A DNA stretch of 32,000 nt from Candidatus Nanopusillus sp. (lineage in GTDB: Archaea; Nanobdellota; Nanobdellia; Nanobdellales; Nanobdellaceae), in assembly GCA_046533775.1 (NCBI GenBank), contig JAWDOO010000003.1, positions 49,325 through 81,324 of the forward strand, given 5' to 3'. Position 1 is the stretch's first letter, and each line of letters opens with the position of its first letter. Positions 24,696 to 32,000 of the stretch are shown in pieces. Below the pieces are notes generated by a model, which saw only the letters and a list, made by a program, of their open reading frames with translations, was not told the DNA's origin and did not search any database. A program made the position numbers and the translations under genes.

Positions 24696-25814
24696 ATGGT
24701 CCAATATATAGAAAAATTATCAAAAGAAGAAGTTTTAGATAGAATAAAAAAGTTAGCTGAAGAAATTTATAATGAATTTTCTTCTGGAAACCCATCAATA
24801 AAACTTGCCGTAAGGGGTAATATAAAAAATATTGAATATGATGAAAAAAGAGATATAATTACTTTAAAGGAAAAAATTGGATCTAGAGAATTCTTTAATT
24901 TGGGTCATGTAAGAAGATTTATGCAGACATTATTAATTGCTTCCTTAGCAAAAAAGTTGGTAGAAAAAGATAAAACCGCAAGCTTAAGAGAAGTTTATTA
25001 TCAATTAAAACATACAATACCAATATTAAATGTAAATACAATAGAAGAACAAGAAGAATCTGATGCAGTAATTGAAGATTTGGAAAGAGCAATAAAAGCA
25101 ATAAGAGAACAGTTTCATATAAAAGCTGAAGGAAGGGGTGCAATATATGGAGATATATATTTAAGGGATAAAAAAAGAGGTGATGAATGGAACTGTTCAA
25201 AATTGGGAAGGGGTGGTTGGAGTATCCCATCAACAATTGAAGATATAGAAATTGGAGACGTAAATGCAGATTTTGTTTTAGTAGTTGAGAAAGAGGCAAT
25301 GTTTGATAGGTTAATTGAAGAAAGATTTCCGGAAAAACATGGTGCAATATTAATTACCAGTAAAGGTCAACCTCCAAGAGGTGTCAGAAGGTTAATTCAT
25401 AGATTAAGAAAGGAAAAAAATTTACCAGTTTATGTATTTACAGATGGAGATCCATGGGGATTCTATATATATTCTGTAATTAAAAGAGGATCTATGAATC
25501 TATCACAATTTTCTGAACTATTAGCTACTCCAGATGTTAAATTCATAGGAATGACAATTGATGATATAGATGAATATGATCTAAGAAAAAAGGGAGCAGT
25601 AATAAAATTAAATCAAAGAGATATAAAAAGAATAAATGAAATATCAAATTATCCTTGGTTTAAAAAATCTAAAGATTGGCAAAGACAATTTAGAAAAATG
25701 TTGGATTATGGAATAAAGGTTGAGCAAGATGCATTAGCAGCAAATTCATTAGAATTTGTTGCAGATACATATTTACCAGATAAATTAGAACATCCTGAGA
25801 AAATATTAAGTTAA
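24696..25814 (+). CDS. top6A: DNA topoisomerase VI subunit A (Spo11-like)
   Basis: LREVYYQLKH (catalytic Tyr region), VLVVEKEAMFDRL (Toprim Glu) and VFTDGDPWGFYIY (Toprim D-x-D). It starts 16 nt after top6B, so the two are probably co-transcribed. Confidence 0.93.
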   Translation: MVQYIEKLSKEEVLDRIKKLAEEIYNEFSSGNPSIKLAVRGNIKNIEYDEKRDIITLKEKIGSREFFNLGHVRRFMQTLLIASLAKKLVEKDKTASLREVYYQLKHTIPILNVNTIEEQEESDAVIEDLERAIKAIREQFHIKAEGRGAIYGDIYLRDKKRGDEWNCSKLGRGGWSIPSTIEDIEIGDVNADFVLVVEKEAMFDRLIEERFPEKHGAILITSKGQPPRGVRRLIHRLRKEKNLPVYVFTDGDPWGFYIYSVIKRGSMNLSQFSELLATPDVKFIGMTIDDIDEYDLRKKGAVIKLNQRDIKRINEISNYPWFKKSKDWQRQFRKMLDYGIKVEQDALAANSLEFVADTYLPDKLEHPEKILS

Positions 25815-26071
25815 TGTATAAATCTTATTTTTGGTTCTCTTCTTTCACTTTCAGATAACTTCAATAATATATTTTTTAATAATTCATCATCTATCTTTTT
25901 TATTTTTCCAGATTGTATATATTGATATAAAATCAGAACAACTTGCATGAATTTTTCTGGATATACAACCTTTATATTTGATAATCTATCAATTGCTTCT
26001 TTTGTAAGAAATGGTAATATTGATTTGTATATATTTTCTATTTCTTTTAATTTTTTATCATCTTTACTCAT
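25811..26071 (-). CDS. PDCD5/TFAR19-like dsDNA-binding protein
   Basis: LTKEAIDRLSNIKVVYPEKFMQVVLILYQYIQSGKIKKIDDELLKNILLKL...REPKIRF follows the archaeal PDCD5-family pattern (eA-x-eRL...PE-x-a...G-x-i...i-x-de-x-l...I-x-f). Start taken at Met27 of the track ORF (ATG rc at 26071), which avoids overlap with the divergent gene at 26123. Confidence 0.65.
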   Translation of the reverse strand: MSKDDKKLKEIENIYKSILPFLTKEAIDRLSNIKVVYPEKFMQVVLILYQYIQSGKIKKIDDELLKNILLKLSESERREPKIRFIH

Positions 26072-26122
26072 AATTGAATATTTTAAAATAAGGTTTTTAA
26101 GCAAAATTAAAATATTCCTAAT

Positions 26123-26968
26123 ATGGAAGAATATAGTAATATAAGACAATGGGCAATATTTTTTGTACTATTATTAGTGTCATTTTTATTGATAAAGTTT
26201 CTTGGAATATTAGGAATAATATTTGGAATATTCCTATTAATATATACATTGACTGGAATAAGAATAATATATAATTATGAAAAGGCAGTAATATTTACAT
26301 TGGGATATTATTCAGGAGTCCTTTCTGGAGGTTTAATATATATTTTACCAGGTTTTCAAAAATTGATTAAAGTGGATATGAGGATTATAAATTACGATTT
26401 GCCAGAGCAGGTATTATTAACTGCAGATAATGTAAATATTACAGTAAGAAGTACAGTATTTTATAGAATAATAGATCCTGGAAAAGTTATAATGAATATA
26501 AGAGACTTAAATAAAGCAATATTAAATTATGCACAGACAAATTTAAGAGATATATTTGGGAAATATAATTTAAATGATATATTACAAAAAAAGGAAGAAA
26601 TTGGAAAAGAATTAAGAGATATAATTCAAAAAGAAATTGGAGAATGGGGTGTTGATATTATTGCAATAAAAATACAAGATATAATTGTTCCTCAAGAAAT
26701 ATTGTCTGCATTAACTCAAAAAGCAATTGCTGAAAGACAAAGGGATGCAGAAATATTAAGAGCCCAAGGATTAGCACAGGCAAAAGTAATTGAATCACAA
26801 GGTGAATTACAAGCTGCAGAAAACTTTAAGAAAGCTGCAGAAATATTATCTGAAAGTGATTATGGTATAGTATTAAGGTTTTTAGATATATTAAGAAATA
26901 GTCAAAACGAAAAAATAGTTGTGATACCACCGGAAATATTTGATTTATTTAAGAAACATAGTAAGTAG
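26123..26968 (+). CDS. SPFH/band-7 (stomatin/prohibitin-like) membrane protein
   Basis: N-terminal TM hairpin, then YEKAVIFTLGYYSGVLSGGLIYILPGFQKLIKVDMRI...LLTADNVNITVRSTVFYRIIDP and an Ala/Gln-rich coiled-coil tail. Confidence 0.85.
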   Translation: MEEYSNIRQWAIFFVLLLVSFLLIKFLGILGIIFGIFLLIYTLTGIRIIYNYEKAVIFTLGYYSGVLSGGLIYILPGFQKLIKVDMRIINYDLPEQVLLTADNVNITVRSTVFYRIIDPGKVIMNIRDLNKAILNYAQTNLRDIFGKYNLNDILQKKEEIGKELRDIIQKEIGEWGVDIIAIKIQDIIVPQEILSALTQKAIAERQRDAEILRAQGLAQAKVIESQGELQAAENFKKAAEILSESDYGIVLRFLDILRNSQNEKIVVIPPEIFDLFKKHSK

Positions 26969-27527
26969 AATACTTTTTTATTAAAATATATATATTTTTA
27001 TATAAAATAATAAATAAAAATGTTGAATAAATTGAAAGGAAAACTATATATTCTGAAGTTTGTATAATAAAATTATTTATGAAAATTTCTAATATATTAA
27101 TTAAAAAATTAAGAAAATTCAATATATTAAATATTTTATAGAATTTTAAAATTTTAAAAAATGATAAAATTTTGTATAAATCTTTGTAAATTAAATAATA
27201 AATTAGAAAATATGAAAAAGAAATAATTAAAAATAAAATATTATATACTATAAAAGGAAATTTAAAAAGAAATAAAAAGTTCGTTATTATATAAATTAAT
27301 AGTAATATAATTATGTTTGAATTATGTTTAAAATTTAAATACATTATCATTGATATTAAAAATAAGAAAATTGTAATTAATGAGAAAATAATATTATATA
27401 GTTCATTGAATAATATTAATGGATTATAATAAATAATTAAATATAAAATAAAATTAACAGAATTATAATATATTGAAAATAAAGAAAAATATAATAAATT
27501 ATTTAATTTTTCAATATTTTTCTCCAT
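26949..27527 (-). CDS. Hypothetical polytopic membrane protein (extremely A+T-rich gene)
   Basis: 192 codons without a stop in what looks like the most A+T-rich part of the window, where stops should be frequent by chance. 5 or more hydrophobic helices made of F/I/L/Y/N/K. Overlaps both neighbours (20 nt convergent, 17 nt tandem). Confidence 0.55.
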   Translation of the reverse strand: MEKNIEKLNNLLYFSLFSIYYNSVNFILYLIIYYNPLILFNELYNIIFSLITIFLFLISMIMYLNFKHNSNIIILLLIYIITNFLFLFKFPFIVYNILFLIISFSYFLIYYLIYKDLYKILSFFKILKFYKIFNILNFLNFLINILEIFINNFIIQTSEYIVFLSIYSTFLFIILYKNIYILIKKYSTYYVS

Positions 27528-28086
27528 ACCAGTATCCTTTATATGTTTCTTTTGATTCCTTTTCTAATTTAATAAATATTAGTTGTATCCATGCCTCATT
27601 TATATTTATTTTTGCATTAATTGGAAAATAATATGTCTGTGTAAATTCTCCTTTATATCCTGGATCAAATAATGCACTTTCAAATTTCAATATTCCCAAT
27701 CTATTAAATGTAGACCTTGGCAATGCTATTGCAATCATATCATTTGGAATTTCAACTTCAGGAAATACTAAATAATATAATCCTCTATTTAATACCCAAT
27801 AATTATTCTTTGGTTTTATTTCAATAAATCCATCAGGAATTTTCTTAAACGAATTTTCTAATAATTCCTTTCTTTTATTTTCATTAATTGCAATTTCTAA
27901 TAGATCTTCATAATCTAAATTATAATCAAAGAAATATCCTCTCTTATCTTTATCAATTAATATATATTTTATTTTTTTGATAGGTATTTTATATATTTTT
28001 TTAGGTTTTATGTCAATTCCTGCAGGATTTACTTTTACATATTCTTTTACAAATTTTTTTGCATCTTCTCCATTTATAACACTCAT
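27511..28086 (-). CDS. dUTPase / dCTP deaminase-family protein
   Basis: NPAGIDI, VEIPNDMIAIALPRSTFNRLGI, LFDPGYKGEF and IQLIFIKLEKESKETYKGYWYG parallel trimeric dUTPase/Dcd family blocks (PRSS-x-x-R-x-G; DpGY-x-G; Q-x-x-F...Y-x-G-x-YQg). The central region is somewhat longer than in the short archaeal Dut proteins I recall. Confidence 0.65.
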   Translation of the reverse strand: MSVINGEDAKKFVKEYVKVNPAGIDIKPKKIYKIPIKKIKYILIDKDKRGYFFDYNLDYEDLLEIAINENKRKELLENSFKKIPDGFIEIKPKNNYWVLNRGLYYLVFPEVEIPNDMIAIALPRSTFNRLGILKFESALFDPGYKGEFTQTYYFPINAKININEAWIQLIFIKLEKESKETYKGYWYGEKY

Positions 28087-28112
28087 ATAAATATATTGAA
28101 TATTTGTTATTT

Positions 28113-29321
28113 ATGAATATAGAAGAATATAAAGATTATATAATTGATTTATATAAGAAATTTATACCAGTTAAATCTATTGGACCGGATAATAATGGAG
28201 AAGGTGAATGGGAAAGGGCAAAAGTATTGTATAATATTGTAAAAGATTTATTTGATGAAATTAAAATAATTGAAGCACCTGATGAAAGGATAAAAGAAAA
28301 ATCTAGACCAAATATTATTGCAATAAAATATGGAAAAAATAGGGAAAAAACATTTTGGATAATTGCACATATTGATACCGTACCAGAAGGAAGTTTAAAT
28401 CTATGGAAATATTATCCATTTAATATTACAATTGAAGATAATAAAATATATGGAAGAGGAGTACAAGATAATGGAAATGGAATTGTTTTAGGAATATTAT
28501 TAGCAAAATATTTTAAAGACAATAATATTTTACCCAAATATAATTATGGATTAATATTAGCTTCGGATGAAGAAACTGGAAGTAAATATGGGTTAAAATA
28601 TATTTTGGAAAAAGAGTCAAATTTATTTAAAAAGGATGATTGGATTTTAGTACCCGATTCAGGAAGTTCTGATGGATTGGATATTGAAATTGCTGAAAAA
28701 GGTATACTATGGATAAAATTTAAAGTTGTTGGAAAACAAGCACATGCAAGTACTCCCGATTTAGGTATTAATTCAACAAAATTAGGATCTATATTAATTT
28801 TACAATTATATGATTCTTTACATGAAAAATATGATAAAGAGAATAAATTATTTAATCCCTCCAAAAGTACATTTGAACCAACAAAAGTTGAAAAAAATGT
28901 AGATAATGTAAATACAATACCCGGAGAATTTATATTTTATTATGATTGTAGAATATTACCAGATTATAATTTAGATGATGTATATCAAACAATAGAATAT
29001 ATATGTAAAGAATTTGAAAGAAATTATAATTGTAAAGTTGATATTGAAATTGTAAATAAAGATTATCCATCTATATTAGAAAATATTGATAATAATGAAT
29101 TTTTAAATGAATTAAAAGAAGCGATTAAAAAATATAAAAATAATGAACCAAGATTAGTAGGAATTGGAGGAGGAACATATGCAAAATATTTAAGAGAAAA
29201 GGGATTGAATGCAATTGTGTGGAGTACATATAATGAAAGTGCACATATGCCAAATGAATATATAGATATAAATGATATAATAAATGATGCAAAAATATTA
29301 TTAGAAATTCTTAAACCTTAA
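28113..29321 (+). CDS. M20-family metallopeptidase (ArgE/DapE/acetylornithine deacetylase-like)
   Basis: IIAHIDTVPEG, IYGRGVQDNGNG, LASDEETGS and HMPNEY. The track start 28104 is a TTG codon, so I prefer the in-frame ATG at 28113. Confidence 0.8.
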   Translation: MNIEEYKDYIIDLYKKFIPVKSIGPDNNGEGEWERAKVLYNIVKDLFDEIKIIEAPDERIKEKSRPNIIAIKYGKNREKTFWIIAHIDTVPEGSLNLWKYYPFNITIEDNKIYGRGVQDNGNGIVLGILLAKYFKDNNILPKYNYGLILASDEETGSKYGLKYILEKESNLFKKDDWILVPDSGSSDGLDIEIAEKGILWIKFKVVGKQAHASTPDLGINSTKLGSILILQLYDSLHEKYDKENKLFNPSKSTFEPTKVEKNVDNVNTIPGEFIFYYDCRILPDYNLDDVYQTIEYICKEFERNYNCKVDIEIVNKDYPSILENIDNNEFLNELKEAIKKYKNNEPRLVGIGGGTYAKYLREKGLNAIVWSTYNESAHMPNEYIDINDIINDAKILLEILKP

Positions 29322-29336
29322 TTTTATATTAAAATA

Positions 29337-30227
29337 ATGGTTAGTATATTTGATCTTGCAAAATTAATGACTGGTTTTAATTTATTTAAGAAAGTACCTC
29401 AGGAAAATATAGAATATTCAAAAGAATTAATAGAAAATGCTAAGAAAAATTTATCAGATTCATATGATTTATATAATAAGAAAAATTATAATTTGGCAAT
29501 ATATTATTTAGAACAATCATTATATTCTTCTGTAAAAAGTTTAGTATTATTATTCCAAATGGTAAAATTAAAGGATATAAAAGATAAAAATTATAATTCA
29601 TTTGAAGATTTTGTAAATAAAAACAAAATATTTGATAAATTAAAGAAAATAGTCAATCAGAATTCTATAATGTATGAAATGTTATTATCTGAAGAAAATA
29701 AGAAAAAATTTAAGGAAGATTATGAAAAATATAAAAAAGAAGTAGATGAATTTTTGAAAAAATTAAAAGATAAAAATGAGAGAAAAAATATTGTTAGATA
29801 TAATGAAAATGATTTAAATAATTTATTTTCAATTAATGAATTGGTTAATAAATATCAAATGTCTGAAGAGGTTATTGAGAGTTTAATCAACTTTGCTATG
29901 AATTTATTTAGTAGAATGGGTGGAAAGGTAAGTAATGTATTAAATACAGGAATGGCTAGAAGTTTAATTAAAAAAGAATTGGAAAAAAACAAAGATACAT
30001 TAAATATATTTGGAAATATATTAATATTGACTGGAATATTAATGTTACATGAAAGATCAACAAAGGAATATGATAAAGATTTAGATTTCTCTCCAGAGAA
30101 TTATAATCAAGATTTGGGAGTTGTAAAATTATATAATAAAATGTATGATATGGTTAATGGATTAATTAAATTTAATGAAAATTTTGTAAATGTATTAGAA
30201 AATAAAGATAATTTAAAGCTATTTTAG
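29337..30227 (+). CDS. Hypothetical helical protein; possible HEPN-like ends separated by a Lys/Glu-rich coiled-coil
   Basis: 296 aa. The N-terminal YNLAIYYLEQSLYSSVKSLV and C-terminal LHERSTKEYDKDLDFSPENY...VKLYNKMYDMVNGL weakly recall the two conserved HEPN (PF05168-type) helices. Very tentative. Confidence 0.4.
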   Translation: MVSIFDLAKLMTGFNLFKKVPQENIEYSKELIENAKKNLSDSYDLYNKKNYNLAIYYLEQSLYSSVKSLVLLFQMVKLKDIKDKNYNSFEDFVNKNKIFDKLKKIVNQNSIMYEMLLSEENKKKFKEDYEKYKKEVDEFLKKLKDKNERKNIVRYNENDLNNLFSINELVNKYQMSEEVIESLINFAMNLFSRMGGKVSNVLNTGMARSLIKKELEKNKDTLNIFGNILILTGILMLHERSTKEYDKDLDFSPENYNQDLGVVKLYNKMYDMVNGLIKFNENFVNVLENKDNLKLF

Positions 30228-31157
30228 ATTAATTTTTATTACTTTGTTTGGATCAAAAGGTTTGTTGTTATATTTTAGAAAATTAAGTAAATATTTTTCA
30301 ATTGTTTTATAATCGTAATACATTATTAAATAATATCCCGGTCTTATTTTTCTTTTCATTTTATATAAATATACATAATTATAATATTCTGATAATTTTT
30401 TTATCATTTTTTTTAAATATCCTGGATGATATGGGATAATTAAAAATAGCAGATTTTTATCTAAATTTAATTCTGGCGGTATTAAAATACCTTTTAGGTG
30501 GGTATGTAAAATTCTTTCAGAATCTCTTATTGAATTAAATTTTATCCAGGTAGCTAGTAGTTTATGTAAAGTATAATCTCTAAAGTATATTTTAAATAAT
30601 CTATTTAGATATTTTAGTCCTTTTGCATATTTTCTTTCTCTTTTTGGTCTTTCTTGATTAAATGATATGGGTAATCCAAGGAAGTATAAATCGAACTCTT
30701 TATGAATTATATCAATGCTATACATAAAATCCTCAGCGACAATCATATCTCTCCATCTTACTTTTGTTAATATTTTTCTATATGTATTTAATGAAGCAAA
30801 TCCACCAAAACCAATAATTTGATTTTCTTTATATATTTTTATAATTCCATTTATTAATTCATTTAGATAATCAGGAAATATGACATCAAAATCTATATAA
30901 AGTATATAATCTACATCGGAATGATTTTTAATCAAATTTTCTAATGCATATTGTCTTCCCAATCCTCTTGTAGATTTTCTTTGAAATGCATCAATAAAAT
31001 CATATTCTTTTAATATTTCAAATGTTCCATCTTTTGAAAAATTATCACAAACAGAAATTACAAAATCGTATTTTAATTTTTTCTTTAGATCTTCAATTGT
31101 TGTTCTAACAGTATCTGCAGAATTATAAACAGTTCCATATATACCAAGTTTCACCAT
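30219..31157 (-). CDS. Glycosyltransferase family 2-like protein
   Basis: GIYGTVYNSADTVRTTIEDL...VCDNFSKDGTFEIL...RGLGRQYALE...ILYIDFDVIF (D-x-D) matches the GT-A/GT2 N-terminal pattern. Confidence 0.6.
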   Translation of the reverse strand: MVKLGIYGTVYNSADTVRTTIEDLKKKLKYDFVISVCDNFSKDGTFEILKEYDFIDAFQRKSTRGLGRQYALENLIKNHSDVDYILYIDFDVIFPDYLNELINGIIKIYKENQIIGFGGFASLNTYRKILTKVRWRDMIVAEDFMYSIDIIHKEFDLYFLGLPISFNQERPKRERKYAKGLKYLNRLFKIYFRDYTLHKLLATWIKFNSIRDSERILHTHLKGILIPPELNLDKNLLFLIIPYHPGYLKKMIKKLSEYYNYVYLYKMKRKIRPGYYLIMYYDYKTIEKYLLNFLKYNNKPFDPNKVIKINLK

Positions 31158-31318
31158 AAAAATATTTTCAATTAAAAATTATATAAAATTTATTTCTTTT
31201 TATACAATATATTAATTAAATTATCTTCTATTTTTTATTTTTCTTACTCTATATAAGAAATGTAAATTGTCTATAGAGATTTTTATTAAATTAGTAAATG
31301 GCAAAGTTTTACAATTTT

Positions 31319-32000
31319 CTATTCATTTTGTACATTTAGATCTGTAAATATATATTTTCTTAAATAGTATTTTTTTAGATGATTTTTAGAAAATATATAT
31401 AGAATAATTCTTATCAGATTTTTAATATAATTTGCATCAAATTTTGGTGGTATCAATAAGTATTCTATATATTCTTTTAATGATATCTTATAATTAGTAT
31501 TATATAATAGATTCAATATAATTTTATAAGTTACTGTAATTGGTATTTGAGTTTTACATTTTGTTTTTTCATAAATATATTGACTATCATTTAGTATCAT
31601 TTCTAACATTTGTCTATTACGTTTACCATGTGTAACGCTTTCTTGATTTTTTCTATGATATGTTAATGGTTCATTTAACTTTATAAGTTTTTTATTTTTA
31701 TTAAAATAACACAAAATAAAGGGATCTACAGAATAATATATTTTTCTTATATAACTTATTAATCTATCTTTATCTTTAATATATAGAGTTATACTACTAT
31801 TATTAAGTATATATTTATGTCTTAAATTCTTTAACGGCTTTCCTGTTTGATCAATTAATATAGCCTTATTAAAAATTACATATTCATCATAATTTTTTAT
31901 TTTCTCAATTACTTCAAATATTCTACTAATCTTATTTTCAGTAAACATATCATCATCTTCTAATAAAAATATTAAATTATTAGAAGCAGCTTTTATTCCT
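31319..32000 (-). CDS. Glycosyltransferase family 2 (5' end beyond window edge)
   Basis: The frame stays open upstream of the track's Met to the window edge: ...GIKAASNNLIFLLEDDDMFTENK. This is the classic GT2 block (G-x-x-x-A-x-G-x-x-I-x-FLD-x-DD). The true start is therefore outside the window. Confidence 0.7.
   Translation of the reverse strand, partial: GIKAASNNLIFLLEDDDMFTENKISRIFEVIEKIKNYDEYVIFNKAILIDQTGKPLKNLRHKYILNNSSITLYIKDKDRLISYIRKIYYSVDPFILCYFNKNKKLIKLNEPLTYHRKNQESVTHGKRNRQMLEMILNDSQYIYEKTKCKTQIPITVTYKIILNLLYNTNYKISLKEYIEYLLIPPKFDANYIKNLIRIILYIFSKNHLKKYYLRKYIFTDLNVQNE

Noticed and set aside
26072-26149. N-terminal extension of the PDCD5-like ORF overlapping the band-7 gene start
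   Set aside because: The extension is hydrophobic, unlike PDCD5-family N-termini, and overlaps the divergent gene. Met27 begins the recognisable MSKDDKKLKE… sequence.
28104-28112. TTG start for the M20 peptidase
   Set aside because: An in-frame ATG follows three codons later (28113). With no homologue alignment available, ATG is the more conservative choice. The difference is only 3 aa.
1-32000. CRISPR arrays, IS elements, integrases, toxin-antitoxin pairs or known defence-system genes
   Set aside because: I read both strands and found no regularly spaced direct repeats. No transposase, integrase or recombinase motifs turned up, and no cas, restriction-modification or similar signatures. 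GC-rich islands that might mark structured RNAs occur only at the two tRNAs.

Overview
This 32 kb window comes from a very A+T-rich, tightly packed archaeal genome. By my tally of the calls below, only about 1.3 kb is non-coding. I call about 40 protein genes and two tRNAs, tRNA-Lys(UUU) and tRNA-Asn(GUU). The tRNA stems are almost entirely G:C, a sharp contrast with the surrounding DNA. Together with fragmented ribosomal-protein gene order and pervasive gene overlaps, this suggests a thermophilic, genome-reduced archaeon of Nanoarchaeota/DPANN type; that is inference, not proof.

Gene content is mostly housekeeping:
- Translation and RNA modification: aIF5B, S6e, a short L29, SUI1, RNase P Rpp29, Kae1, ThiI.
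- DNA and transcription: Topo VI B and A, AGOG glycosylase, a dUTPase-like protein, a PDCD5-like DNA-binding protein, TFS.
- Metabolism: enolase and a lone 2-oxoacid:ferredoxin oxidoreductase beta subunit.
- Envelope: UppP, signal peptidase, a sugar nucleotidyltransferase, two GT2 glycosyltransferases, pilin-like proteins, and a type IV pilus platform module.

I found no CRISPR array, transposase, integrase or recognisable defence system, and no convincing new multi-gene system.

The observations most worth a second look:
- A divergent pair of single-domain T2SSF platform genes with a coupled pilin-like gene; one platform protein carries an extracellular tail.
- An intact ORF that looks like an inorganic pyrophosphatase with its catalytic residues lost.
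- A roughly 65-aa insertion in Kae1.
- An L29-SUI1-Rpp29 island cut out of its usual ribosomal operon.
- A 385-bp non-coding gap beside tRNA-Lys.
- Zero or negative spacing at all eight convergent gene junctions.
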